From: an uncultured Gemmatimonadales bacterium
GTDB lineage: Bacteria > Gemmatimonadota > Gemmatimonadetes > Longimicrobiales > Gaopeijiaceae
DNA length: 64,000 nucleotides
Direction: 5' to 3'
Assembly: GCA_937919655.1 (NCBI GenBank)
Contig: CALFPJ010000022.1
Location: forward strand, 64,986-128,985
Part shown: one piece after another, positions 19,910-29,929 of the stretch
Numbering within the stretch: position 1 is the stretch's first letter
How the letters are laid out: each line of letters opens with the position of its first letter
Translations under genes and position numbers: made by a program
Notes under the pieces: model-generated
Database searches by the model: none
What the model was told of the DNA's origin: nothing
The model's input: only the letters and a program-made list of their open reading frames with translations

Positions 19910-20410
19910 TCACTCGGACCTCGGGTCCGAGGGATCCCACAACAAGGTCGTAGGGTGATCTTGTTCCATTAGGCGGTCTAGATCGTAAACGAAACGATCA
20001 CGGGTGTACTCGGCGTTCTCGAAATGCCGCCCCACGTGGATCGCTTCCACAGGGCAAACCTCCTGGCACATGCCGCAGAAGATGCAGCGGAACTCATCGA
20101 TCTCGTAGACGATCGGGTAGCGGTTGCCCTGGTCGTCTTCCCCGCCCACCAGGCGGATGCAGTTCGCAGGACACACCGTCGGGCACAGGCCGCAAGCCAC
20201 GCACTTGGGGCGGCCGTCCGCGTGCACTTCCATGCGGTGCGTGCCACGCCAGCGCGGGCTCAGATCTGTCTGCTCTTCGGGATATTGCTGCGTCACCGCG
20301 GTCGGATTGACCATGTGTTTGAAGGTGAGCGCCATCCCGCTGAGCGCGGCCCGAAGATAGGAGGTCGTCTCCGGCTCCGGACGGTGCATGACTTTTACTG
20401 AAATCGCCAT
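19910..20410 (-). CDS. nuoI: NADH-quinone oxidoreductase subunit I (2x[4Fe-4S] ferredoxin)
   Basis: 166 aa with two CxxCxxCxxxCP motifs. Confidence 0.93.
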   Translation of the reverse strand: MAISVKVMHRPEPETTSYLRAALSGMALTFKHMVNPTAVTQQYPEEQTDLSPRWRGTHRMEVHADGRPKCVACGLCPTVCPANCIRLVGGEDDQGNRYPIVYEIDEFRCIFCGMCQEVCPVEAIHVGRHFENAEYTRDRFVYDLDRLMEQDHPTTLLWDPSDPRSE

Positions 20411-21697
20411 TTAGTCTCCCGCCGGAGCGGGTTGTGGGATGGTCTTTATTTCGACTCTCTGGGCGCGCTGGGCCGCCGCGCCCGTGATGGTGCGTCCACG
20501 ATCCACGAAGAACACAAACGCGATCGTGCAGACAGTACTGACGGCAGTGAGGGCGAGGCCGTAGCCGAATCCCCAAGCGACACCCACCTCATCCAGCACC
20601 AAAATGGTCAAGGCGATCAGCATGAGGTATGCGAGTGAGGTCGGCAGCATGACCTTCCAACCGAGTGCCATCACCTGATCGTAGCGGAACCGGGGAAGCG
20701 TCCAGCGGATCCAGATATAGAGGACCAAGAAGAAGCTCGTCTTGGCAACAAACCCCGCGAGGGTCGCAAGCGTCTTCCACACGGCCGGGTTGGCCATGAT
20801 GACACTCCCGTCAGCGGCGAAGCCACTGATCAACTGCCCCTGGTACCAGAACGCGTTATCCCAGGTACCCGGCAAGTCCCATCCGCCGAGGAACAACGTG
20901 GCCATCAGCGCTGAGGCCGTCACCATGTGGCCGAACTCACCGATCATGTAAGCCGAGAACTTCATGGCTGAGTACTCGGTGTGATAACCGGTCACCAACT
21001 CCGACTCAGCCTCGGGCATGTCGAAGGGCAGTCGGTTGGTCTCCGCGAAGGCGGAGATCACGAAGAGCAAGAAGCCAAGCGACAACGGGAATGCGAACCA
21101 CATGCCCAACTGCTGCTGCTGCCAGATGATCTCCGGGAGCGTCACGTTGCCGGCCAGCATCAACACCGTGATCAGTGACAGGCCGAGTGCGACTTCGTAG
21201 CTGACCATCTGTGCCGAGGCACGCAGACCACCTAAGAACGCATACTTATTGTTGGAGGCCCAGCCACCCAGCACGACGCCGTAGACCGCCAACGAGCTGA
21301 ACGCCATGACGTACAGGATGCCAATGGGGACATCGGCGATGATCATGTCGACCACGCCAACCGGCGTAGGCAGGGGTGCCGCGATCGGGATCACCGCGAA
21401 GGTCACCAGCGAAGGGAACAGCACCATCATGGGGGCGAGCACGAAGAAGAACCGCGCCGCCGTTGCCGGTAGCGTTTCTTCTTTCAGGAAGTTCTTGATG
21501 CCGTCTGCGATCGGCTGAAGAAGACCCAGCGGGCCCGCTCGATTGGGTCCGTGTCGATCTTGGATCCACGCAGATATTTTGCGTTCGGCCAGCGTTGTGT
21601 AGGCGATCGTCAGCATCAATACGGTGAAGATGCCGGTGACCTTAACCGCCCCCGCAACAATCGCCCAGATGCCTGAAATCGGTTGCAATGACTCCAT
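20411..21697 (-). CDS. nuoH: NADH-quinone oxidoreductase subunit H
   Basis: 428 aa polytopic NuoH/ND1-like protein. Confidence 0.92.
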   Translation of the reverse strand: MESLQPISGIWAIVAGAVKVTGIFTVLMLTIAYTTLAERKISAWIQDRHGPNRAGPLGLLQPIADGIKNFLKEETLPATAARFFFVLAPMMVLFPSLVTFAVIPIAAPLPTPVGVVDMIIADVPIGILYVMAFSSLAVYGVVLGGWASNNKYAFLGGLRASAQMVSYEVALGLSLITVLMLAGNVTLPEIIWQQQQLGMWFAFPLSLGFLLFVISAFAETNRLPFDMPEAESELVTGYHTEYSAMKFSAYMIGEFGHMVTASALMATLFLGGWDLPGTWDNAFWYQGQLISGFAADGSVIMANPAVWKTLATLAGFVAKTSFFLVLYIWIRWTLPRFRYDQVMALGWKVMLPTSLAYLMLIALTILVLDEVGVAWGFGYGLALTAVSTVCTIAFVFFVDRGRTITGAAAQRAQRVEIKTIPQPAPAGD

Positions 21698-21701
21698 TCG
21701 G

Positions 21702-23300
21702 TCAGTCTCCCGAAAGCGAGACGGTCGCGTTCACGACCGCGCCGCGGGTGCCCAAGTCGTCGTAGCTCATGCCACCAAACGCCGTCACCTTTGAGGAAAG
21801 AAGCGCGAACGAATCTGCCGCGCTCCGAGCGGGCTCGCTTCCCGCGAGTTCCGCGACCATCGCGCCCAAAATCAACCAAGCTGGCCGCGCCATTCCCGGT
21901 GCCTGCAACGCGGGCCAGAACCGCTGCACGCGTCCGTCCAGATTTGTGAAGCTCCCTTCCTGCTCCGCGAAGGTCGTTACCGGAAGCACGTAGTCCGCCG
22001 TTGCGGCGGCTGCAACGGTATGGGTGCCCACGTAAACAAAGAGGGATGCCTTCTCACCGAACGAAGCGTCTAGATCACTCAGTGCATCACCGAGCACGAT
22101 CACGATACCGTCGTGCGCAGCCACTTGGTCGAGCCCTCCGGTCGCCTCGTCGCCCCCTACTCGGCTCATACCGATGGAGGTCGCACCGTGGGTGTTTGGC
22201 GCGAGGTCCTTGCGACGAGCTAACGTTGGGAAGCCCTTCAGGACAACTTCCTCCTGAGCGCGGGCCGAACGGAACACGGTCTCGCCCCCGCCGAGGGCGG
22301 TCACAAGCGCGGCGAGCGCACCGAGGTCCTCGTTCGATGCAAACGGCGACGCCACAGCCTTCACGGAGGCTCCGCTCAGGGAGCCCGCACGCTCAAGTAG
22401 CGACCCGAGCGCGTCTTTCCAGCCAAGGGCCTTGGTACCGCCTGCCTCGTCCCGCACCAAGGGCGCCTCGATGCGATCACCTTGGTTGATCCACTCGTAG
22501 TTATGGCGTCCGTGGTCGCACATCCACCAGCCGTTGACGTCGAGATTTTCTCTCGGCTTCAGACGCTGCACCAAGTTGTCGCGCGTGTGCAGGTCGATGT
22601 TACAGCCCTGGGAGCAACTGGTGCAGACGGAAGGCGTGTGCTCTAGGTCCCAGGCGCGGGCCTTGTGGAGAAAGTCCTTGGATACGAGCGCGCCGACCGG
22701 GCAGATATCGACGATGTTGCCGTGCCAATGCGTGCCCTCGAGGCCTTCTTCAAAGAACGTATCGATGACCGAGCGACTTCCCCGCTCAACCACGGTGAGA
22801 CGCTGATCCTGTTCGACCTCGCTCATGAAGCGCACACAGCGCGTGCACATCACGCAGCGGTCGCCGTAGAAAAGGACATCACCGCCGAAGTCATCCCGCC
22901 CGAAGATCCGCTTGGGCTCCACAGAACGACCGTGTTGCCGGCCCTCTTCGTGGACATAGTCCTGGAGATCGCACTCGCCGGCCATGTCACAGATCGGACA
23001 ATCGAGCGGATGGTTCACCAAGTAGAATTCCAACACACCCTGACGGTTAGCCTTGGCCTGTTCGGATTCGGTATGGACGACCTGCCCTTCCATGACCGTG
23101 GTCACGCAGCCTGGCATGGGCTTGGGTGCACCCTCGACCTGAACCAGGCACAGCCTGCACATGGCCGGAGAGGACATGCCAGGGTGGTAACAGTAATGCG
23201 GCACTTCCTGACCGATCGTCTTGGCCGCTTCGAGAATCGTCGTCCCCTTGGGAACGCTGACCTCATGACCGTCGATCGTTAGCGTAACCATGTCAGCCAT
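21702..23300 (-). CDS. nuoG: NADH-quinone oxidoreductase subunit G (short form)
   Basis: 532 aa; N-terminal 2Fe-2S and 4Fe-4S cysteine clusters of the 75-kDa subunit plus a partial MopB-like domain. Confidence 0.88.
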   Translation of the reverse strand: MADMVTLTIDGHEVSVPKGTTILEAAKTIGQEVPHYCYHPGMSSPAMCRLCLVQVEGAPKPMPGCVTTVMEGQVVHTESEQAKANRQGVLEFYLVNHPLDCPICDMAGECDLQDYVHEEGRQHGRSVEPKRIFGRDDFGGDVLFYGDRCVMCTRCVRFMSEVEQDQRLTVVERGSRSVIDTFFEEGLEGTHWHGNIVDICPVGALVSKDFLHKARAWDLEHTPSVCTSCSQGCNIDLHTRDNLVQRLKPRENLDVNGWWMCDHGRHNYEWINQGDRIEAPLVRDEAGGTKALGWKDALGSLLERAGSLSGASVKAVASPFASNEDLGALAALVTALGGGETVFRSARAQEEVVLKGFPTLARRKDLAPNTHGATSIGMSRVGGDEATGGLDQVAAHDGIVIVLGDALSDLDASFGEKASLFVYVGTHTVAAAATADYVLPVTTFAEQEGSFTNLDGRVQRFWPALQAPGMARPAWLILGAMVAELAGSEPARSAADSFALLSSKVTAFGGMSYDDLGTRGAVVNATVSLSGD

Positions 23301-24592
23301 CAGGCAGCCCCCACGCGTTCGCCGCGCCGGATCAAAGCCAAATATTCATCTCGGAATTTCACGATTGAGGACTGGACCGGAGCGGCCACGGAGTCGGACA
23401 GCACACAGATGGTCGTGCCCACCATGTTCTGCGTGGTCTGCATGAGCGTGTCCAAGTCCTCCTCGGTGCCGCGCCCGTCTTCGATTCTGCGGAGGATCTT
23501 TGCAGTCCACGTGGTGCCTTCGCGGCACGGCGTGCACTGGCCGCACGATTCGTGGGCGTAGAAGTCAGCCATGCGCCGCACCTGCTTGACGATATCTGCT
23601 GTCTCGTCCATGACGATGACCGAAGCACAGCCGAGCATCGTTCCCACAGCGACGCACCCCTCGTAATCCAGGCTGCACCGGGAAACCTCTTCGGCGTTGA
23701 TAATCGGCACCGACGAGCCTCCGGGAATCACAGCCTTGAGGGCGTTCCCATTTCGAACGCCACCACACACATCCTCGATGAGCTCGCTCAACGGGAAACC
23801 CAGCGCCAGTTCGTAGTTGCCCGGCTTGTTCACGTGACCGCTGACACAGAAGAGCTTGGTTCCCGGGCTCTTTTCGGTGCCCCACTGGCGATACCATTCA
23901 CCGCCATGGGTGACGATGTGCGGGATCGCGCAAAGCGTCTCGACGTTGTTGATCGTAGAGGGCATGCCGAAAGCGCCAACAGCCGCCGGGAACGGGGGCT
24001 TGATACGCGGCAGGCCACGACGCCCCTCGAGCGAATTCATGAGCCCGGTCTCTTCGCCACAGATGTAGGCTCCCGCACCCGCGTGCACCGTCACATCGAT
24101 CGTGTGGCCTGACCCGAGGATGTTCTCTCCGACGTATCCCTTGGCGTACGCGTCTTCGAGCGCACGAGCCAACACCTGCGTCGTCTCGAAGAATTCGCCG
24201 CGACAGTAGATATAGACGTGCTGGGCCCGGATCGCGTGGGCGCCGATCAGGCAGCCTTCGATCAACTGATGCGGGTCCCAGCGAATGAGCTCGCGGTCCT
24301 TGAAGGTGCCGGGCTCTGATTCGTCGGCATTACACAGCAGGTAGTGCGGCCGGTTCGTGTCCTTCGGCATGAAGGACCACTTCACACCGGTCGGGAAGCC
24401 TGCGCCACCGCGACCGCGCAGGCCCGAGGACTTCACGATGTCCACGACGTCTTCGGGTCCAACCTCCAAGGCCTTGGCAAGGGCCTTGTAGCCGCCCCGC
24501 TCCACATAGGTGTCGATGCGGCGCTGCAGCGGGTCGCCGAAATGTTTGCTGACCACGCGGACCTCACGATCCGACACATAGGGATACGCCAT
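23300..24592 (-). CDS. nuoF: NADH-quinone oxidoreductase subunit F
   Basis: 430 aa; GRGGAGFPTG NADH/FMN motif and C-terminal 4Fe-4S cysteines. Confidence 0.94.
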   Translation of the reverse strand: MAYPYVSDREVRVVSKHFGDPLQRRIDTYVERGGYKALAKALEVGPEDVVDIVKSSGLRGRGGAGFPTGVKWSFMPKDTNRPHYLLCNADESEPGTFKDRELIRWDPHQLIEGCLIGAHAIRAQHVYIYCRGEFFETTQVLARALEDAYAKGYVGENILGSGHTIDVTVHAGAGAYICGEETGLMNSLEGRRGLPRIKPPFPAAVGAFGMPSTINNVETLCAIPHIVTHGGEWYRQWGTEKSPGTKLFCVSGHVNKPGNYELALGFPLSELIEDVCGGVRNGNALKAVIPGGSSVPIINAEEVSRCSLDYEGCVAVGTMLGCASVIVMDETADIVKQVRRMADFYAHESCGQCTPCREGTTWTAKILRRIEDGRGTEEDLDTLMQTTQNMVGTTICVLSDSVAAPVQSSIVKFRDEYLALIRRGERVGAA

Positions 24593-25248
24593 CAGCTATC
24601 CCCTTCGGCCTTGAGGTGCTCAATGATCTTAGGCACCTCGGTTGGACTGACGTTTTCGAAGTAGCGCGAATTGATCTGGACGCAGGTCGGGAAGCCACAA
24701 CCGGCGAGGCACTCGGCTTCGATCACGGTGAAGTTCCCATCTTCGGAAGTCTCGCCCAACTCGGTGTCGGTATAACGAAGGAACGCAGCCAGAACGTCAT
24801 CCGCGCCACAGAGGTTGCACGAAATGTTGGTGCAGACCTGGACCAGGTGCCGGCCCACGGGACGCTTGTTATACATCGTGTAGAAAGTCGTGACACCCCG
24901 CACGTACGCCGGGGAAAGCCCGAGGAGTTCCGCCACGCGGTCCATCGACGCAGGGCTGACGTAACCGCGCAACTCCTGAGCCAGGCTCAGAGCCGGGAGG
25001 AGTGCCGCCTGTTTATCAGGATAACGAGTCAGAATCTTCTCGAAACGCTCTTTGTACTCACCCTCGAAAAGGACCGCATCGGGGTTCTTCTCCGCGAGCA
25101 TGTAAGGCATCGTCGCAGAACCTGAGGCGTGGCCTCCATGCTTCGGACGCTCGCCAACGAAGTCATCCCCGCGAACCTGGTCTTCCGAGAGGTCGAACTC
25201 CCCCGTATTGCCGGCCCATCCGGGGTTCTTAAACGGGACATCACTCAT
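24592..25248 (-). CDS. nuoE: NADH-quinone oxidoreductase subunit E
   Basis: 218 aa thioredoxin-like 2Fe-2S subunit (CxxxxC...CxxxC). Confidence 0.9.
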   Translation of the reverse strand: MSDVPFKNPGWAGNTGEFDLSEDQVRGDDFVGERPKHGGHASGSATMPYMLAEKNPDAVLFEGEYKERFEKILTRYPDKQAALLPALSLAQELRGYVSPASMDRVAELLGLSPAYVRGVTTFYTMYNKRPVGRHLVQVCTNISCNLCGADDVLAAFLRYTDTELGETSEDGNFTVIEAECLAGCGFPTCVQINSRYFENVSPTEVPKIIEHLKAEGDS

Positions 25249-26525
25249 CGGTCGATCTCCCCGAGGACGATGTCTAGACTGGCATTGATCATGATCAGGT
25301 CTGACACCAAATGGCCCTCAGCGAGCTTTGGGATGACAGAGAGGTTTACGAACGAAGGGGGGCGGACGCGCCAGCGGACCGGCTTCGTACTTCCCTCTTC
25401 AGCCACCACATACATGCCGAGCTCGCCCTTGGAGGCCTCGATGCCCATGTAGCAGTCACCCTCAGGAGCGGGAATGCCCTCGGTGATGAGCTTGAAGTGG
25501 TGGATCATGCTCTCCATGTCCGACATGGCGTCGGTCTTGGAGGGCAAGGAAATGTTGGGGTCCGCGACGTTGATGGGGCCGCCCGGGAGGCGAGCGAGCG
25601 CCTGGCGCAAAATCGAAACACTCTGCGTCATCTCTTCCATGCGACACAGATAGCGGTCGTAGCAGTCGCCGTGCTCGCCGATCGGGACCTCGAAATCGTA
25701 GGTCTCGTAGTCGTAGTAGGGGCGATCCTTCCGCACGTCATGCGATACCCCCGCGGCGCGGAGGTTGGGGCCCGTGAAGCCGTAGTTGATCGCGTCCGCC
25801 GCGCTGATCGCGCCGATGCCCTGCGTGCGACCGATGTGAATCAAGTTGCCGGTCAGTAGGTGATGTACTTCCGCAAGCGTCTTCGGAAACGTGTCGAGGA
25901 AGTCCTTGAGCTGGTCCGTCCACCCTTCGGGGAGGTCGGCCATCATGCCACCGACACGGGTCGCCGAGGTCGTGATACGTGCGCCTGTCAGCGTCTCGTG
26001 CAGCTTGTAGATCCGCTCACGTTCCTGGAAAGAATAGAGGAATGGGGTAAACGCACCCACGTCGATCGCTGTCGTCCCAAGCCAGAGCAAGTGACCGAAA
26101 ATGCGGTCCATCTCCATGAGGATCACGCGCACCACCTTGCAGCGCTCCGTGACCTCGATGCCCATCAACTTCTCGACCGACATCACGTACGCGCAGTTGT
26201 AGATCAACGGCGCCAAGTAGTCCATGCGGTCCGTGAGCGTGACGATTTGATTCCAAGTCCGATACTCGCCGAGCTTTTCGAAAGATGAATGCAGGTAGCC
26301 GATGTCCGGCATCACCTTCATTACAGTCTCCCCATCGAGCTCACAGACCAGTCGCAAAACCCCGTGCGTCGCCGGATGCTGCGGTCCAATATTGATGAGC
26401 ATGTGCTCGGTACCGATGTCGGGTTCCGCAATGTCGAACGGAGCGATCGGACTCATTGACGGGCGGCCATCGACGCCCATTTCTGGGGCGCGTCCGACCT
26501 TGATCTCCACGGTCTTCTGCGCCAT
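25245..26525 (-). CDS. nuoD: NADH-quinone oxidoreductase subunit D
   Basis: 426 aa 49-kDa subunit; strong family-wide conservation. Confidence 0.94.
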   Translation of the reverse strand: MAQKTVEIKVGRAPEMGVDGRPSMSPIAPFDIAEPDIGTEHMLINIGPQHPATHGVLRLVCELDGETVMKVMPDIGYLHSSFEKLGEYRTWNQIVTLTDRMDYLAPLIYNCAYVMSVEKLMGIEVTERCKVVRVILMEMDRIFGHLLWLGTTAIDVGAFTPFLYSFQERERIYKLHETLTGARITTSATRVGGMMADLPEGWTDQLKDFLDTFPKTLAEVHHLLTGNLIHIGRTQGIGAISAADAINYGFTGPNLRAAGVSHDVRKDRPYYDYETYDFEVPIGEHGDCYDRYLCRMEEMTQSVSILRQALARLPGGPINVADPNISLPSKTDAMSDMESMIHHFKLITEGIPAPEGDCYMGIEASKGELGMYVVAEEGSTKPVRWRVRPPSFVNLSVIPKLAEGHLVSDLIMINASLDIVLGEIDR

Positions 26526-27223
26526 CAGGTATTCCCCCCAACGTCGGTCGCGTGGGCCCCAACTTCCGGAACCTCCTGCGGTTCACCAGCGTGCTCCAGC
26601 AAGTCCGGAACGTAGAATCGATCTACCTCTTGGTTCAGTGCGCGGCGCGTTTGTTCGGCCCGCGAGAACCTCCCACGGAGCGGAAAGTCCTTCCGCAGTG
26701 GGTGCCCCTCAGCGTAGTCCTGCGGCATGAGAATTCTGCGAAGGTCCGGGTGGCCCACGAAATTGACGCCGAAGAGGTCGTAGACCTCGCGCTCGAGCCA
26801 GTCCGCGCATTTCCAGAGGTTCGCCACAGAGGCGATTTCCATAACATCCAGCGGCAACTCACACCGAACCCGCAGCGAATGCTTGTGCGTGGTCGAGAAC
26901 ATCTGGTAGACGACGTTCACCGGACGACCACCACCGTAGTCGATCGCGGTAACGTCGGTCATCATGTCATAAAGTTGACTGGCGTCATCTTTCAGCCACG
27001 TCAAAATCTCCATGCTGCGCGTCGGGTCCACCCACACCACATGTTGATCGCCCGCGTTCACGCAGTGACGGACGACGGCGTCGGGGAACTTCTCGATCAG
27101 TCCTTTGACAGATACGTGCGCGTTGGGGTCTCCGCTGGAGCCGCCTTGCCCGACCTCAGTCGCGTCGGAAGCCTGCGGACCGTCGTCGACCGCATCGAGT
27201 CCGCTCTTCTTCTTGGCAGTCAT
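26525..27223 (-). CDS. nuoC: NADH-quinone oxidoreductase subunit C
   Basis: 232 aa 30-kDa subunit. Confidence 0.9.
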   Translation of the reverse strand: MTAKKKSGLDAVDDGPQASDATEVGQGGSSGDPNAHVSVKGLIEKFPDAVVRHCVNAGDQHVVWVDPTRSMEILTWLKDDASQLYDMMTDVTAIDYGGGRPVNVVYQMFSTTHKHSLRVRCELPLDVMEIASVANLWKCADWLEREVYDLFGVNFVGHPDLRRILMPQDYAEGHPLRKDFPLRGRFSRAEQTRRALNQEVDRFYVPDLLEHAGEPQEVPEVGAHATDVGGNT

Positions 27224-27239
27224 CGCGAGTGTCCGGTCA

Positions 27240-27929
27240 CTAGGAGAGCGGATCGTCAGAGGGAGACTTCTTGGGACTCACCGGCAAAGCCGTATGGAGG
27301 TGATCCTGCTGCGTCGAGTTCCCAAAAGGCCCTGTTAGTCCAGCCACCTGGTAGTCGTCGGCACGAGGACGAGCCACCAAAGCCGCATCCTCGGATCGGT
27401 GCTCGAAGTGACGCGTCAATGTCTCCTGACGGATCTTCTCTTGGATCATCATGAGCCCGTAGATCAGGCCCTCGGGCCGGGGCGGGCAACCCGGGATGTA
27501 GACGTCGACCGGCACGATGGTGTCGATGCCCTGCACCATCGAGTAAACGTCGAACACCCCGCCCGAACTCGCGCAGGCGCCCATGGAGATGCACCACTTG
27601 GGCTGCGGCATTTGATCCCAGATGCGCCGCAGGACGGGGGCCAACTTGTACGGAACCCGTCCCGCGCAGATGAGGACGTCGGCCTGACGCGGACTGAACG
27701 ACATCCGCTCCATTCCAAAACGCGCCAGATCGTAGTTCGATGCAGCTGAGGCCATCATCTCAATGGCACAGCAAGCGGTTCCGAACGGCATCGGCCACAG
27801 GGAGTTCCTCCGACCCCAGTTGATGATCCAGTCGACCCTGCTCGTGAGGAACGTCGGGGTATCGACACCGAAGATCCCACCTGAGGTCGCCGAAGCGCCG
27901 CCCCCAGGGAGTATGTCCTTTAGTCCCAC
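27240..27929 (-). CDS. nuoB: NADH-quinone oxidoreductase subunit B
   Basis: FGTACCAIEMMA and GCPPRP cluster-N2 motifs. Probable GTG start (VGLKDILPGG) overlapping the nuoA stop; the track ORF runs to 28013. Confidence 0.88.
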   Translation of the reverse strand: MGLKDILPGGGASATSGGIFGVDTPTFLTSRVDWIINWGRRNSLWPMPFGTACCAIEMMASAASNYDLARFGMERMSFSPRQADVLICAGRVPYKLAPVLRRIWDQMPQPKWCISMGACASSGGVFDVYSMVQGIDTIVPVDVYIPGCPPRPEGLIYGLMMIQEKIRQETLTRHFEHRSEDAALVARPRADDYQVAGLTGPFGNSTQQDHLHTALPVSPKKSPSDDPLS

Positions 27930-28276
27930 TCCAGACCTCCCTTCTTCCACTCGTAGAGAAGGCCCACCGCCAGAACGACGACGAACATACACATCGCGAG
28001 AAACGGGCCCCAACCCAATTCACGCATCTGAACCGCCCAGGGGATCAGGAAGATCGTCTCCAAATCGAAGACGATGAAACTGATCGCCACCATGTAGAAC
28101 TTCACCGAGAAGCGCGCGCGCGTACTCCCGAGCGGGATCATGCCCGACTCGTACGGCATGAGTTTCTGAGGCGTGTCTCGGCGCGGACTAAACAGGTGAC
28201 TCGCAGCGACCATCCCAATCGCGTTCAGGATGGATACGCCGAAGAGTAGGAGGAGGGGGAGATAGGCTCCCGACAT
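27920..28276 (-). CDS. nuoA: NADH-quinone oxidoreductase subunit A
   Basis: 3-TM NuoA. Start probably the internal MSGAYLPLLLLFG (28276); the track ORF runs to 28348. Confidence 0.85.
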   Translation of the reverse strand: MSGAYLPLLLLFGVSILNAIGMVAASHLFSPRRDTPQKLMPYESGMIPLGSTRARFSVKFYMVAISFIVFDLETIFLIPWAVQMRELGWGPFLAMCMFVVVLAVGLLYEWKKGGLEWD

Positions 28277-28495
28277 GGCGCCGCTGGGTTTGTGAAATAG
28301 TTCACTAACGGACGCGAAAAGGTACCCGGCGCGGCGGCAGAGTGTCAACCAGAGGAACGTCGATTTTTCTTGATTTTTCGTCGGTTTGCACGGACTCGGC
28401 TGACTCTTCTATCTTTAGCGCTTCAATGCCTTCGAATTGAGCCGGGATCGGACTCTCCCCCTGTCCCCCCCAACCCACAGCGAAACTGAGCCCTG

Positions 28496-29050
28496 ATGTC
28501 CATCAAGAGCGACAAGTGGATCCGCCGCATGTGCCAAGAGCACCGGATGATTGAGCCCTTCGAGACCGGCCAAGTTCGAGGCGGTAAGATCTCGTATGGC
28601 GTCTCCTCGTATGGTTACGACATCCGCGTATCTTCGGAGTTCAAGGTCTTCACCAACGTTCACAACTCCCTCGTGGACCCGAAGAACTTCGACGACCGCT
28701 CATTCGTGGACATCGTCGGGCCAGAGTGCATCATCCCGCCGAACTCGTTTGCTTTGGCTCGCACCGAAGAGTACTTCCGCATCCCGCGGGACGTTCTGGT
28801 GCTGTGCGTAGGAAAGTCGACGTATGCCCGCTGCGGCCTGATCGTGAACGTCACGCCTTTGGAGCCGACTTGGGAGGGCTACCTCACGCTCGAGATCTCC
28901 AACACGACGCCGCTGCCAGCAAAGGTTTATGGCGGAGAAGGCATCGCCCAGTTGCTGTTCTTCCAGGGCGACGAAGAGCCTGAGGTGGCATACGCGGACC
29001 GCCAGGGGAAGTACATGAAGCAGGTCGGTGTAACCCTCCCCAAGATGTAG
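28496..29050 (+). CDS. dcd: dCTP deaminase
   Basis: 184 aa; [13 protein letters not shown]-terminus and dUTPase-like fold motifs. Confidence 0.9.
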   Translation: MSIKSDKWIRRMCQEHRMIEPFETGQVRGGKISYGVSSYGYDIRVSSEFKVFTNVHNSLVDPKNFDDRSFVDIVGPECIIPPNSFALARTEEYFRIPRDVLVLCVGKSTYARCGLIVNVTPLEPTWEGYLTLEISNTTPLPAKVYGGEGIAQLLFFQGDEEPEVAYADRQGKYMKQVGVTLPKM

Positions 29051-29052
29051 TC

Positions 29053-29381
29053 ATGGCCTCCGACGAGGGGCTCGCTCAGCGCGTTCGTGAATCGCTTTCC
29101 GAGCGCATGGACCTCACCGAGAAGAAGATGTTCGGCGGGCTGTGCTTTCTACTCGGCGGGAACATGGCCGCCGGCATCGTCGGTGACGATTTGATGCTGC
29201 GCGTCGGGCCGGACGCCCACAGCGACGCCATCTCACGCCCCTACGGGCGTGAGATGGATTCACCGGCCGGGCGATGAAGGGGCTGGTCTACGTGGGTGTC
29301 GAGGGGATCAAAACCGACGCGGAGTTGGCCTCGTGGCTTACCCTGGCCGTCGCCTTCGCCGGTGGTCTCCCGGCGAAGTGA
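29053..29381 (+). pseudogene. TfoX N-terminal-domain protein with an apparent frameshift near 29256-29275
   Basis: Frame 1 gives 74 aa ...RPYGREMDSPAGR*. Frame 3 continues (D)FTGRAMKGLVYVGVEGIKTDAELASWLTLAVAFAGGLPAK*, matching the conserved TfoX_N C-terminus (GRPMKGWV...). Confidence 0.6.
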
Positions 29382-29391
29382 CACCGACGGG

Positions 29392-29850
29392 TCAAGTAAT
29401 GCCCACGACTTGGATCCGGAAGATTAGGACCGAGCCCCCGGGAATCGGACCCTGACCTGCGGCTCCGTAGCCGAGTTCGGGCGGAATGATGATCCGCCGC
29501 GCCCCGTCCACGCGCATACCCAGGACGCCCTCGTCAAAACCGGCCACGACCTCACCTACACCGAGCGTGAAGGTGAATTGGCCATCGTCAAAGGATGAGC
29601 CGTTCGAGAGCCAGCCCGTGTAGCTCACGGTGACTCTCTGCCCCGCGACGGCTGCGGGGCCCGTGCCTTCGGCCAGCTGTTCGATGTAAAGCCCAGACGA
29701 CGTCCGCGTCATCGTGGTCAGATCGATATTGAGCACCTCGGCGAAGTTCGTCTCTTCGATCACTTCAAAGGAATCACCACATGCGGTAAGCAGAAGAACG
29801 GCGAGGAAAGGGCCGGAGGTGCGGAACCGGCTTAATGCTAGATATGTCAT
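29392..29850 (-). CDS. FKBP-type peptidyl-prolyl cis-trans isomerase, lipoprotein
   Basis: 152 aa; lipobox LLLTAC; FKBP domain YTGWLSNGSSFD...GVLGMRVGARRIIIPPELGYG. Confidence 0.88.
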   Translation of the reverse strand: MTYLALSRFRTSGPFLAVLLLTACGDSFEVIEETNFAEVLNIDLTTMTRTSSGLYIEQLAEGTGPAAVAGQRVTVSYTGWLSNGSSFDDGQFTFTLGVGEVVAGFDEGVLGMRVDGARRIIIPPELGYGAAGQGPIPGGSVLIFRIQVVGIT

Positions 29851-29929
29851 GGGTCCTCGAAAACATTTTTGGGTAGGGCCAAGCGTGCCCCTGGCGCCAG
29901 CTTGAATACGCCATGCTAGGAAGGAGGTT

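Noticed and set aside
22665-23282. 205-aa plus-strand ORF and neighbouring plus-strand ORFs over nuoG/nuoF
   Set aside because: Antisense to strongly conserved nuo genes.
26552-27454. 300-aa plus-strand ORF
   Set aside because: Antisense to nuoC and nuoB; no recognisable family.
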